Source: Candidatus Pyrohabitans jungbluthii (GTDB lineage: Archaea; Hydrothermarchaeota; Hydrothermarchaeia; Hydrothermarchaeales; BMS3B). Taken from it: DNA of 64,000 nt. The position numbers and the translations under genes are program-made. The DNA is taken from positions 77,692-141,691 of the forward strand of contig MTMD02000001.1 in assembly GCA_002010065.2 (NCBI GenBank), read 5' to 3'. The notes under the pieces are model-generated. The model had not been told where the DNA came from and searched no databases. It was given only the letters and a program-made list of their open reading frames with translations. Shown piece by piece: positions 36,380 to 45,750 of the stretch. Within the stretch, counting starts at the first letter, position 1. Every line of letters begins with the position of its first letter.

Positions 36380-37783
36380 ATGCGCCTCTACATCCTTCTT
36401 CTGCTGCTTGTCCCTCTCGCTCATGCAGAAACACAGCTCAGCGCTGTAGAGCACAACATAACCTACTTTCTTGGCAAGGAGAACGTCTCGGTAAAGGAGG
36501 ACATAATCCTCAAAAACAGGCCCTTCTCAGTAACCTCGCCCATATATTACTACCTCGGGACAGATGCAGAGAGTATAAGTGTGGAGGTCACCGGCGGGGC
36601 TGATTATAAGATCGACGAGACCTATGGAGGGGTGATATTTAATTTTAGAAATGCCTACGCCACAAAGGTGAAGATTAAGCTACTCTACTCCTATCCCCAA
36701 AGCCTGCGCAGAAGCGATGGGAGTTACCTGCTCGCAGGCGAAGCTCTAAAGCGGGTGTACCCCTGGGGAATTAATGTGGTGAACCTGCGCTTTGTTCTTC
36801 CGCCAGGGTTCACCTTCGGAGAGGTCTCGCCCGAGCCACAGGAGAGGGGAGAGAGCTACCTTCTCTACAGGATAACCTACCTCGATGCTCGCGCATATGA
36901 GGGATTCCCGGTAAGCATCGAATATGCCAACTACCGCGAACTTGCAGAGAAAAGCCTGAGCCTGGCAAAAGCGAGAGAGCATGACACCTTCCTCGCTGTG
37001 AAGGACGCAAACCAGAGCATCGAGAATGCTCGAAGCTACGGGGCAAACCAGTCGCAAGCGTTGGCAAGCTTCAACGAGGCACTTACCCACCTCCAGAACT
37101 ACTTCCAGCTTGTGAAGCAGGCAGAGCTTATCCTTGAGAAGAACAGTTATGAGGCTTATAGAAAGGCATCCTCAGCGGTAGAGGAGCTTGAGCTCGCGGG
37201 CATAAAGGCGAGGGAGGCCTACAGCAGAGCGAACTTTGCAATTCAGCTCACCCTTGAGAAGAGGCTTGCTACCTTTGAGGAGAACTTAACTAGCTTGAGC
37301 AAAGAGGAGCCGGAAGTGCAGCGCGTTGTCGTGGTAGAGCAGCCCGCGAAAGGCATAAACCTGTACAAGTACGCCTTTTTTGCTCTTGCAGTGCTCTTTA
37401 TAATATTCATCGCAAGCGAGGCTTACCGCATCCTAACACCAAAAAGCTACCGCAGAAGAAGCAGCGTAAAGGATTTCAGGGTGATTGGCGACCTGAAGAG
37501 AAAGACTTTCAACGGATTTGAGAAGAAGGTGGCTAAGGTCAAGCGGGGCGTTGACCTTGCGCAGGAGATTCGAAACCTGAGAAAACGAAGGGAGAAGCTG
37601 AAGCTGGGTATAGAGAACGCCCGAAAGAAGTTCACCTCTGGCGAGATAACCGCTGAGCTGTATGAGCTGGAGAGAGGGAAGTTTGAGAGGGAGATAGAGG
37701 AGATAGACCGCAGGATTGCGCTGCTGGAGAAGGAGCTTAGTGAGATTAAGAGGCATGGGCATGAGGAAGGTAAGGCAGATTGA
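36380..37783 (+). CDS. Hypothetical single-pass membrane protein (signal peptide, extracellular beta+helical domain, cytoplasmic coiled coil)
   Basis: Signal MRLYILLLLLVPLAHA, TM YAFFALAVLFIIFIA, heptad-rich C-terminus. Confidence 0.75.
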   Translation: MRLYILLLLLVPLAHAETQLSAVEHNITYFLGKENVSVKEDIILKNRPFSVTSPIYYYLGTDAESISVEVTGGADYKIDETYGGVIFNFRNAYATKVKIKLLYSYPQSLRRSDGSYLLAGEALKRVYPWGINVVNLRFVLPPGFTFGEVSPEPQERGESYLLYRITYLDARAYEGFPVSIEYANYRELAEKSLSLAKAREHDTFLAVKDANQSIENARSYGANQSQALASFNEALTHLQNYFQLVKQAELILEKNSYEAYRKASSAVEELELAGIKAREAYSRANFAIQLTLEKRLATFEENLTSLSKEEPEVQRVVVVEQPAKGINLYKYAFFALAVLFIIFIASEAYRILTPKSYRRRSSVKDFRVIGDLKRKTFNGFEKKVAKVKRGVDLAQEIRNLRKRREKLKLGIENARKKFTSGEITAELYELERGKFEREIEEIDRRIALLEKELSEIKRHGHEEGKAD

Positions 37784-38693
37784 GGTTACCAGTGGAATGA
37801 GCGTTGACGAACTCATGCGCCAGTACAGCGAGGCTGGCGTGCTCGGAGCTGGCGCTTTGGGTAGGGCATGCGACATCCTGGAGGAGATGGTCAGAGCAAG
37901 GGCGACCATATTCCTGGGCTTAGCCGGACCCCTCATCGCCGCAGGGATGAGGAACATAGTTACTGAGCTTATAAAAATGGGTGCAGTAAGCGCCATCGTA
38001 ACCAACGGAGCAAATGTTGTGCACGACGTCCTCGAAGCAATAGGCGGTGCGCACTACGTGGGCAGCTTTCGCAGCGACGACGCACAGCTGCACAGCGCTG
38101 AGATGGGCAGGATAGGCAACGTCTACACCCGGGTTAAAGACTTTGTTGCCTTTGAGGATTACGTCCAGGAGCTTCTCTCTGGTATCCCCGAAGAGAGGAG
38201 GAAGAACCTCTCAATAAGGGAGCTGCTCTCAGAGATAGGGAAGAGCATAAGCGACGCTAACTCGTTCCTCAGGGCTGCATATGAGCGGCGCATACCCGTG
38301 TTCTCCCCGGCGGTGGTGGATTCAATGCTGGGGTTGCAGCTTTTCTTCTTCGCAGAGAGGAACCACATTGTGTTAAACGCTGTTAAGGATATGAAGGAGC
38401 TTGCCCAGATGGTTTTCGACGCCTCCGAGGTGGGGGCACTCTTCCTCGGTGGAGGCGTGCCCAAGCATTACATACTGGGAGCTAACTTGCTTCGCGGCGG
38501 TATAGACTACGGGATTCAGGTTACGATGGACCGCGAAGAATCCGGCTCGCTAAGCGGTGCAAAGCTGGAGGAGGGGATAAGCTGGGGCAAGACAAGAGAG
38601 GAAGGCAAGGTGGTGACGGTGGTGGGCGACGTAACGATAATCTTCCCTCTGCTGGTGGCGAGCCTTAAAGAACGCCTGGGAGGCAGGGAATGA
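37761..38693 (+). CDS. dys: Deoxyhypusine synthase
   Basis: IVTNGANVVHD, RIGNV, PAVVDS, LGGGVPKH, GSLSGA..EGISWGK. Confidence 0.93.
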   Translation: MRKVRQIEVTSGMSVDELMRQYSEAGVLGAGALGRACDILEEMVRARATIFLGLAGPLIAAGMRNIVTELIKMGAVSAIVTNGANVVHDVLEAIGGAHYVGSFRSDDAQLHSAEMGRIGNVYTRVKDFVAFEDYVQELLSGIPEERRKNLSIRELLSEIGKSISDANSFLRAAYERRIPVFSPAVVDSMLGLQLFFFAERNHIVLNAVKDMKELAQMVFDASEVGALFLGGGVPKHYILGANLLRGGIDYGIQVTMDREESGSLSGAKLEEGISWGKTREEGKVVTVVGDVTIIFPLLVASLKERLGGRE

Positions 38694-39346
38694 GGCTGCA
38701 AAGGGAGCACGGGCTCATTTTAGCTCTGGATGTAACCTCGCGCACAAAAGCGCTCAGCGTTGCGGAGAGCGTGGTGGATTACATAGACGCGGTGAAGGTG
38801 GGCTACCCTCTGGTGCTCTCCTGCGGTCTCGAGATTATAAGCGAGCTTAGCGATTTGGGCAAGCCTGTAATCGCAGATTTTAAAGTGGCTGACATACCCT
38901 ATACCTCACGCCTCATCTGCGAGCAGGCGAAGCAGGCGGGAGCAAGCTTTGCAATCGTCCACGGCTTTGTGGGCGAAGACGTGGTCAAAGCATGCGCTGA
39001 GGTGCTCGACATCTTCATCGTGGCGGAGATGAGCCATCCTGGGGCAAAGGAGTTCATTCAACCTGTCGCAGAGAGGATAGCGGAGCTTGCAAGAAGTTAC
39101 GCCTTTGGGATAGTTGCTCCCGCTACAAGGCCAGAGAGAATTGCGAGGCTGCGCTCTATTGTGGGAGAGCTTGTTATAATTTCCCCTGGCGTTAAGGCGC
39201 AGGGCGCTCGTCCAGGAGATGCGATACGCGCGGGCGCTGACTTCGAGATCGTCGGGAGAGGAATTTACGCCTCTGCTGAGCCACGCAGAAGCGCTGCGGA
39301 AATTGCGGCCGAGCTTAAGGCAGCGATGAAGGAGCACGAAGGTTAG
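38690..39346 (+). CDS. pyrF: Orotidine-5'-phosphate decarboxylase
   Basis: LILALD, KVGYPL, DFKVADIPYT, EMSHPG, SPGVKAQG, IVGRGI. Confidence 0.97.
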   Translation: MRLQREHGLILALDVTSRTKALSVAESVVDYIDAVKVGYPLVLSCGLEIISELSDLGKPVIADFKVADIPYTSRLICEQAKQAGASFAIVHGFVGEDVVKACAEVLDIFIVAEMSHPGAKEFIQPVAERIAELARSYAFGIVAPATRPERIARLRSIVGELVIISPGVKAQGARPGDAIRAGADFEIVGRGIYASAEPRRSAAEIAAELKAAMKEHEG

Positions 39347-39969
39347 CCTGACTCGAGCATAGCCGCGAAGTAGAGGAGCACAAGGATTAAAAGCATGCCA
39401 AGCGCATATCCGGGTTTGCGAACGAGTGCGCGGATTTCCCTTTCAAAGGTTTCAACATCCCCGCGCATTGCCACGCCTCTTAGCTTGTTGGCTATTGCCA
39501 AGCCCAGCGCAATGCTGCCGAGCATTGCTGGTATCTCTAAAAGGGCGTGGGGCATTAGATAGGAGATAAACTGAGAAATACCCTCGGGGGCAAAACTCCA
39601 GAAAAATGCGCTTATCGCAGTGAGGTTGGCAAAGAGGCTCAGCAAAGGGACAAAGTACAGGTAGAAGAGGCAAGCTCTGAGTGGCGAGGCTATGCGAAAG
39701 GTGGCAAATCGGGAGAGCACTGCGTAAAGCGGCTCTGTCAGCCTGTCCAGCATCGAGTATGTTTTTTCAGAGGTTCGCCTGTAAATCAGCAGTTCAAGAT
39801 AGCTTAAAATAGTGCCCAGATAAACTGTAACAATGGCGGCTAGCGCATTTTTAAAGAATATGCTGCCAGCAAACGTTGCAGGAATGGCGAAAAGCACATA
39901 GGTATAACTCTTGAGCAGATAACCTGCGAGCACAGCAATTACAACGAGCGCAGCAATGCTTTTCCTCAT
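39343..39969 (-). CDS. SpoIIM/DUF95-like membrane protein
   Basis: IFFKNAL, MPHALLEIPA, AAMLE. Confidence 0.78.
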   Translation of the reverse strand: MRKSIAALVVIAVLAGYLLKSYTYVLFAIPATFAGSIFFKNALAAIVTVYLGTILSYLELLIYRRTSEKTYSMLDRLTEPLYAVLSRFATFRIASPLRACLFYLYFVPLLSLFANLTAISAFFWSFAPEGISQFISYLMPHALLEIPAMLGSIALGLAIANKLRGVAMRGDVETFEREIRALVRKPGYALGMLLILVLLYFAAMLESG

Positions 39970-40259
39970 TTCAACAGCGCAAAGAAGAGCTTCCCCTTTT
40001 CCGTGATCTTAATAAACCTACGCGGTCTATCGCCGCGCAGCTTTGTCTCCCTCACCTTAACGAGACCCTTCTTTTTAGCCTCGTCCAGCGTGGCGTCTAT
40101 CTCCTCACGAGGCTTGCCCAGCGCCTTTGCTAAGCGAATCTGGCACACCTCGTCGTAGGCACACAGGTTCAGCCCGAGCATTCTACACTTACCGCATATG
40201 TCGTCCTCTTTTATGGGCAGAACCTCAGAAGCAGGGATAAAGCTTATTTTTGTCTTCAT
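39966..40259 (-). CDS. Small Cys4 + winged-helix protein
   Basis: CGKC..C..C followed by LAKALG...KKGLVKV...IKITEKGK. Confidence 0.7.
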   Translation of the reverse strand: MKTKISFIPASEVLPIKEDDICGKCRMLGLNLCAYDEVCQIRLAKALGKPREEIDATLDEAKKKGLVKVRETKLRGDRPRRFIKITEKGKLFFALLK

Positions 40260-40310
40260 CTTCCTACCTGAATTAAGTTCTGTTTTTCCAGCTATTTAAA
40301 ATTTCGCTGC

Positions 40311-41132
40311 TCAGCCCCTCAGAATCTTTACTATCTCCCCATGCATCTCCATGCTGTGCGCTGCCACTATATTAAGCCTCTCTATCCTCAAAAGTGACGC
40401 TTCGAGAGGAGCGCCCTGCATGTTGGTGACAGCGCCGCCCGCTTCTTCCACCACAAGCTTAGCCGCGGCTATGTCGATGTTGCGCAGATATGTACGCACG
40501 TCAACGAAGGCGTCAAAATCTCCTCTAGCAACGTGGCACAGCTCCAGAGCAGCGCTGCCCAGGGTGCGCACCCGCTTTATGCGCTTGAGCAGAGGCATAA
40601 GCGTCCCAACGCTTTGTGGCGTGGAATAGATGCAAACAGTGGCTTTGCTCAGCTTTCTTGCTTCTACGCTTCTTATCCTCCGCCCATTATACCACGCCCC
40701 CTTCCCGCGCTCTGCCGTGAATTCATCCCCAGAGTAGAGGTTGAGCACATATGCAACGCTCACATCAGCGAGACTCGCACCCTCGCGATAGGGTGCAAAG
40801 GCAATGGAAAGGGCGTAGAAGGGCAAGTTGTGAAGCGCATTGTAGGAGCCGTCGATCGGGTCAACCACGGCGATGTACTCTGGCTCCTCTGTAAGAGCCA
40901 CGCTGCCTGCTTCCTCACTGAGCACAAAGAAGGCTTCTTTCTCGCTGAGACGCTTCATCACCACATTTTCAGCTATCTTATCTATCGCCTCTGTGGGCGT
41001 GCCATCTGCGCCAATACCAACCTCACGAGAAGCTTCACCGCTCTCAAGCGCCTCTCTCACTACGCTGCGCAGCTCTGCGCCCACCTTACGGGCAAGATTA
41101 AGCAGATTCACGAGCTTAGATTGGTGGCGCAC
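40311..41132 (-). CDS. suhB: Bifunctional FBPase/inositol-1-monophosphatase
   Basis: GADGTPT..ID, SEEAG, VDPIDGSYN, RTLGSAALE, DIAAA. Start uncertain. Confidence 0.92.
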   Translation of the reverse strand: MRHQSKLVNLLNLARKVGAELRSVVREALESGEASREVGIGADGTPTEAIDKIAENVVMKRLSEKEAFFVLSEEAGSVALTEEPEYIAVVDPIDGSYNALHNLPFYALSIAFAPYREGASLADVSVAYVLNLYSGDEFTAERGKGAWYNGRRIRSVEARKLSKATVCIYSTPQSVGTLMPLLKRIKRVRTLGSAALELCHVARGDFDAFVDVRTYLRNIDIAAAKLVVEEAGGAVTNMQGAPLEASLLRIERLNIVAAHSMEMHGEIVKILRG

Positions 41133-41218
41133 TTTATAATTTTTAGCCCGGAAGCACCTGCTCATGGTGAACCTGCGCAAAGTTTAAATATCCCCACGGT
41201 GAACTCATAATCCTCTAA

Positions 41219-41452
<234 letters not shown>

Positions 41453-41540
41453 AATTCTGGTAAACAAGGGGCTTATAGAATAAAAAGAAGGTAGCTGGTT
41501 TTGCTCTGATAGCTATGCTAATAAATTAAAATGGGGTAAA

Positions 41541-41720
41541 TCACCCCTTATAGAAACATGTCCCCGCAAGGAAGTGCTCGCAGGTGCGCCAGACCTCGCG
41601 GGTTCGCCAGCCGTGTTCGCATACGTGGTATATACAGCACATTCTGCACGAGTCGCGCTCACGCTGGCAGTTGACCTTTGCGTAGTCCTCATCGTTAGCG
41701 GTGCATAGCAGCTTTTCCAT
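41541..41720 (-). CDS. Small 8-Cys protein (59 aa), last gene of the HMGCS/thiolase/DUF35 operon
   Basis: GGAGGAG ribosome site, 3 nt after the DUF35 stop: MEKLLCTANDEDYAKVNCQRERDSCRMCCIYHVCEHGWRTREVWRTCEHFLAGTCFYKG. Not in ORF track. Confidence 0.7.
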   Translation of the reverse strand: MEKLLCTANDEDYAKVNCQRERDSCRMCCIYHVCEHGWRTREVWRTCEHFLAGTCFYKG

Positions 41721-41723
41721 TTC

Positions 41724-42128
41724 TCACTCCTCCTTAGCTGGTCTGAATTTGAAGCCGTAGTAGATTAAGCCTGCCTCTCCATCCTCCTGAATCTTCCTGA
41801 ATACGCTCTCCACGCGCATTCCTATCTCAACCTCTTCCGGACTAACGTCAACTATCTGCGTTGTCACCATCACACCCTCGTCGAGCTTCACCAGCGCCAT
41901 TACATAGGGCGCCTGCCTCTCAAAGCCCTCTGGAGGCGTGCGAATTACAGTGTAGCTCACCACCTCGCCCTTGCCACTGAGCTGAACCTCCTCAAGCTCG
42001 CCTCTTCTGCGGCAGTTTGGGCAGAAGTTGCGCGGGGGAAAGTATATCTCGCCGCAGCGCGTGCAGCGCTTACCTATGAGATTGTACCTGCTCTTCATGT
42101 TGCGCCAGAAGCGTGGTATGCTGCTCAT
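41724..42128 (-). CDS. DUF35 Zn-ribbon/OB-fold scaffold protein
   Basis: PRFWR, CTRCG..FPPRNFCPNC, GLIYYGFKF. Confidence 0.95.
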   Translation of the reverse strand: MSSIPRFWRNMKSRYNLIGKRCTRCGEIYFPPRNFCPNCRRRGELEEVQLSGKGEVVSYTVIRTPPEGFERQAPYVMALVKLDEGVMVTTQIVDVSPEEVEIGMRVESVFRKIQEDGEAGLIYYGFKFRPAKEE

Positions 42129-42137
42129 TATATCACC

Positions 42138-43292
42138 TCACTTCTCAAGGATATGAACCACCGCTGTGCCGCCGCTCCCACCAACGTTGTGAGTCAAGCC
42201 CACGTCTGCATCAACCTGGCGCTTGCCTGCTTCGCCTCTGAGCTGTAGCACAATCTCCACCACCTGCGCAACGCCTGTCGCACCCACAGGATGCCCCTTT
42301 GCCTTAAGCCCGCCGGAGGTGTTCACAGGTATACGCCCGCCTATGGCGGTTTCTCCCTCCTCTGTGGCCTTGCCTCCCTTGCCAATTTCCACGAAACCCA
42401 GCCCTTCAATGGCAAGAATCTCACCTATTGTAAAAGCGTCGTGAACCTCCGCAACCTGAATATCGCGTGGCTCGCGCTTTGCCCTCGCGTAGGCTTCTTT
42501 GGCGGCGTTAACCGTGGCGTCAGTGACGGTTATCTTCTTCCTGTCGTGGAGCGCGATTGTGCTCGAGGCTTGGCCGCTGCCAGTGATGTAAACAGGGTTG
42601 TCCACAAATTCGCGCGCCTTCTCCTCGCTAGCTAAAACAACGCACGCGGCGCCGTCGGTTATAGGAGAGCAGTCCAGCAGACGCAGAGGGTCGGCGACGA
42701 GAGGCGAGCGCAGCACATCTTCGACGGTAATCTTGGAGTGGAACTGCGCATAGGGGTTGTGTATGGCATTCTCGTGGTTCTTCACTGCCACCATGGCGAG
42801 CTGCTCTCTGGTTGTGCCGTACTCATGCATATGCCGCCTTGCGATGAGCGCATATAAGCCAGGGAAGGTCATCCCCATGAAGGCCTCCCACTCGCTGTCG
42901 CTGGCTGTAGCTAGAGTCTGAGTGGTCTTCTCAGTAACCACATCGGTCATCTTTTCTACGCCTCCCACAACCACGATGTCGTGGAAGCCTGAAAGTATGG
43001 ACATAACTCCCTGGCGTATCGCTAATCCGCCTGAGGCGCACGCAGCTTCGACACGCGTCGCAGGAATTGGCGTTAAGCCAGCGTGGTCAGCAATTAAGCA
43101 GGAGATGTGCTCCTGATCCACGAAGCGCCCGCCTGACATGTTGCCCACGTAGATCGCCTCGACATCTTTGCCATCTATGCCAGCGTCATTAATCGCCATA
43201 GCGCCAGCTTCAACAAACAGCTGGGAGAAGCTGGTCTCCCAGAGTTCACCGAACTTTGTCAGCCCTACCCCTATAACAGCAACTCTCTTCAT
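42138..43292 (-). CDS. Acetoacetyl-CoA thiolase (archaeal type)
   Basis: [45 protein letters not shown]. Confidence 0.95.
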   Translation of the reverse strand: MKRVAVIGVGLTKFGELWETSFSQLFVEAGAMAINDAGIDGKDVEAIYVGNMSGGRFVDQEHISCLIADHAGLTPIPATRVEAACASGGLAIRQGVMSILSGFHDIVVVGGVEKMTDVVTEKTTQTLATASDSEWEAFMGMTFPGLYALIARRHMHEYGTTREQLAMVAVKNHENAIHNPYAQFHSKITVEDVLRSPLVADPLRLLDCSPITDGAACVVLASEEKAREFVDNPVYITGSGQASSTIALHDRKKITVTDATVNAAKEAYARAKREPRDIQVAEVHDAFTIGEILAIEGLGFVEIGKGGKATEEGETAIGGRIPVNTSGGLKAKGHPVGATGVAQVVEIVLQLRGEAGKRQVDADVGLTHNVGGSGGTAVVHILEK

Positions 43293-43295
43293 ACT

Positions 43296-44336
43296 CTACA
43301 CCTTTATCTTCTTCCTGAGCTTTACATATGTCGCGTAGTCAATGTACTCCTTGCGTGCGATGAATTCCTCAACGCCCGGCGCCAGGCTTCGCTTCTCCTC
43401 TATCGCGTCCTCGACCACTACGGCGAAGGCATCGCTGCCTGCGCCTGAACCGAAGGAGGTTACCAGGATTCTATCCCCTGGCTTTGCTATATCCAGCACC
43501 TTCGCAAACCCGAGCAGGGAAGAACCTGAGTAGGTGTTGCCTATCCTGTCCACGAGTATACCTGGCTCCACCTGCTCAGAGGTGAAGCCCAGCTTCTTCG
43601 CCACAACGCGGGGAAACTTACCGTTGGGCTGGTGGAAAACGGCGTAATCAAAATCCTTGGGCTCGAGTCCAAGCTGTGCCATAAGCCCATGGGCAGCGCT
43701 GTAAACGTGCTTGAAGTAAGCGGGCAAACCCGTGAAACGCCCTCCATGTCGGGGGTATGCCTGCCCCTCGCGACGCCAGAAGTCGGGCGTATCTGTGGTG
43801 TAGGAGTAGGTAGCCTCTATGCTCGCAACAAGCTTATCCCTGCCTATAACGAATGCAGCACCACCAGCGGCGGCGGTGTACTCGAGTGGATCTCCCGGCG
43901 CTCCCTGCGCAGTGTCGGCACCTATGGCCAAGCCGTAGTCTATCATGCCAGAAGCAACAAGACCCATGCACGTCTGCACGCCGGCGGTGCCAGCCTTGCA
44001 TGCGAACTCATAGTCGGCGGCGGTTAGGTCAGGCGTAGCCTGTATCGCCGCCGCAACAATAGTTGCAGTCGGCTTAACCACATATGGGTGGCTCTCCGAG
44101 CCGACGTATATCGCCCCTAGCTTCTTAGCATCTATCTGCGCTCGCTTTAGCGCATTTCGCGCAGCTTCTACGGCGATAGTGGCGGCATCTTCATCCAGGG
44201 CTGGGACAGCCTTCTCGGCAATCTTGAGAGAGGCTTTTATAACCTCGGCGTTGCCACCCCAAACTCGGGCTATCTCCTCAACCTTTATCCTGTACCTTGG
44301 GATGTAAACCCCATAACCTGTAATACCAACCTTCAC
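43296..44336 (-). CDS. Hydroxymethylglutaryl-CoA synthase
   Basis: [38 protein letters not shown]. Confidence 0.96.
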   Translation of the reverse strand: MKVGITGYGVYIPRYRIKVEEIARVWGGNAEVIKASLKIAEKAVPALDEDAATIAVEAARNALKRAQIDAKKLGAIYVGSESHPYVVKPTATIVAAAIQATPDLTAADYEFACKAGTAGVQTCMGLVASGMIDYGLAIGADTAQGAPGDPLEYTAAAGGAAFVIGRDKLVASIEATYSYTTDTPDFWRREGQAYPRHGGRFTGLPAYFKHVYSAAHGLMAQLGLEPKDFDYAVFHQPNGKFPRVVAKKLGFTSEQVEPGILVDRIGNTYSGSSLLGFAKVLDIAKPGDRILVTSFGSGAGSDAFAVVVEDAIEEKRSLAPGVEEFIARKEYIDYATYVKLRKKIKV

Positions 44337-44350
44337 GCTGCCTCACCTTC

Positions 44351-45058
44351 TCAGCTTGTCTTTCTTCTAAGCTCTCTTATTAACTCATCGCTGCTCTCAT
44401 GATGGGAGAGTATCACGGGTATGCGCTCCTTCTCGGCTATTTTAACGCCCAGCGCGTCGACGCTCTTCAGCCCGTGGAGCACTACCACGCCTGGCTTTAT
44501 TGTGGATACGCGTATTGCTATGAAGGGCGACCTGCCGCTGCTAACGCGGGTAAACACCAGCGCCCGCTCAGAGGTTAGCCCGTATATCTTCAGGAACTCT
44601 TCCGCTGAAAGCTCGAGTATAGCGCGGGGAGAGTCGAGGACTGTGTAGCCGTAGATGTACTTGTCCAGAAGCTCTTTGTTGGCGACCACCTCGCCCGCTA
44701 CCACATCTACGAGTTGAGAAGCGCGCATAGGCGTGGCAAACTCGCGTATGTCGAGAATTGCGTCGGTTTTAATTTCGTTGCCCAGCATGCGCTCATACGC
44801 GCGGAGCACCTTGGAGCCGCGCTGCTCGTCAAGCGTAACAAGTGCCTCCACTATGCGCTTCACCACCGCTACGCCAGGAGAACGGCGACGCCCGCTCTCA
44901 TAGTCGCTTATTACAGAGGTACTGACCCCGAGTGCCTCTGCAAGCTCCTTCTGGGTGACGCCAAACACTTCGCGCCACTTCTTTAGGGTCATCGCCGGCT
45001 TTGAGGAGAGCACTACCTCGCCAGCGATTTTCACAGAAAGTTCCTCGCGCACACCCAT
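44351..45058 (-). CDS. XRE-type HTH transcriptional regulator (conserved upstream of archaeal HMGCS)
   Basis: KKWREVFGVTQKELA...SVISDYESGRRRSPG, ERALVFTRVSSGRSP. Confidence 0.9.
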   Translation of the reverse strand: MGVREELSVKIAGEVVLSSKPAMTLKKWREVFGVTQKELAEALGVSTSVISDYESGRRRSPGVAVVKRIVEALVTLDEQRGSKVLRAYERMLGNEIKTDAILDIREFATPMRASQLVDVVAGEVVANKELLDKYIYGYTVLDSPRAILELSAEEFLKIYGLTSERALVFTRVSSGRSPFIAIRVSTIKPGVVVLHGLKSVDALGVKIAEKERIPVILSHHESSDELIRELRRKTS

Positions 45059-45196
45059 GTCATCGCCTTGCTTTCATTGCTCATTCGCCTATATAACAAT
45101 TTCGGCAAAAGGAATATGCTAGAACGGCGATTGCCTTACTTGCAGAAAATGAGGGTTATATTTATGTTGTTAACTTTCAAGATTTTTCAGCTTTTC

Positions 45197-45270
45197 GGGG
45201 CTGTAGGGTAGCCTGGTCATCCTCGCGGCTTCGGGAGCCGTGGACCCCAGTTCAAATCTGGGCAGCCCCA
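45197..45270 (+). tRNA. tRNA-Pro(CGG)
   Basis: Acceptor GGGGCTG/CAGCCCC, anticodon arm GCGGC-TTCGGGA-GCCGT, GTTCAAA T-loop. Confidence 0.96.
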
Positions 45271-45273
45271 TCC

Positions 45274-45400
45274 AGGGGAGGGGAATACCCCTCCCCTTAG
45301 GTTAACCCCACCCCGACAGGGATACGTGGGAAAATCACTATGGAAACATGGCGGTATCGTAAGATAGTCTCGTCATGCAACCCGAGAGCAACTGACCGCA
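45274..45400 (+). ncRNA. Candidate multi-hairpin RNA directly 3' of tRNA-Pro (unassigned)
   Basis: 10-bp perfect stem 45274-45297, CCCAC/GTGGG, CTATG-GAAA-CATGG, TATC-GTAA-GATA, TCTCG/CGAGA, GCGGT/ACCGC. Confidence 0.45.
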
Positions 45401-45406
45401 CTGCCC

Positions 45407-45724
45407 TTACTTATAATACCCCCACTCCCTCTTGGGTCCAAAGCTGCGGATTCCAAACTTCAACAGCTGTATTCTGAGGCGCAGAGCATAGTCAGAGCTT
45501 ATCTCGCCGCGCTTCTCCAGGTATCTTATAATCTCCATGCCCTCCTCTTCGGTGCTGCACCTGTTCAAAAAGTCGATTACACCCGGGTTATAACCTTTAA
45601 ATCTGTCCTTTACTTCCTCATTCTGAGACTCTCTTTCAACCTTTATCCTGATAAAATTGCTCTCCTCTATCTCCTTGGCCAGGTTTGGATACTTCCTCTT
45701 AAACTCCTCATTGTACTCTATCAT
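45407..45724 (-). CDS. DUF2095-like conserved archaeal protein
   Basis: FKRKYPNLAKE, GYNPGVIDFLNRC..EEGMEIIRYLEKRGEI, GIRSFG. Confidence 0.85.
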   Translation of the reverse strand: MIEYNEEFKRKYPNLAKEIEESNFIRIKVERESQNEEVKDRFKGYNPGVIDFLNRCSTEEEGMEIIRYLEKRGEISSDYALRLRIQLLKFGIRSFGPKREWGYYK

Positions 45725-45750
45725 CCCTTACACCACAAACTTACTGCCAT

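Noticed and set aside
41453-41540. Expected rpl37e downstream of the Lsm gene
   Set aside because: No L37e-like ORF could be read here. The synteny is simply broken.
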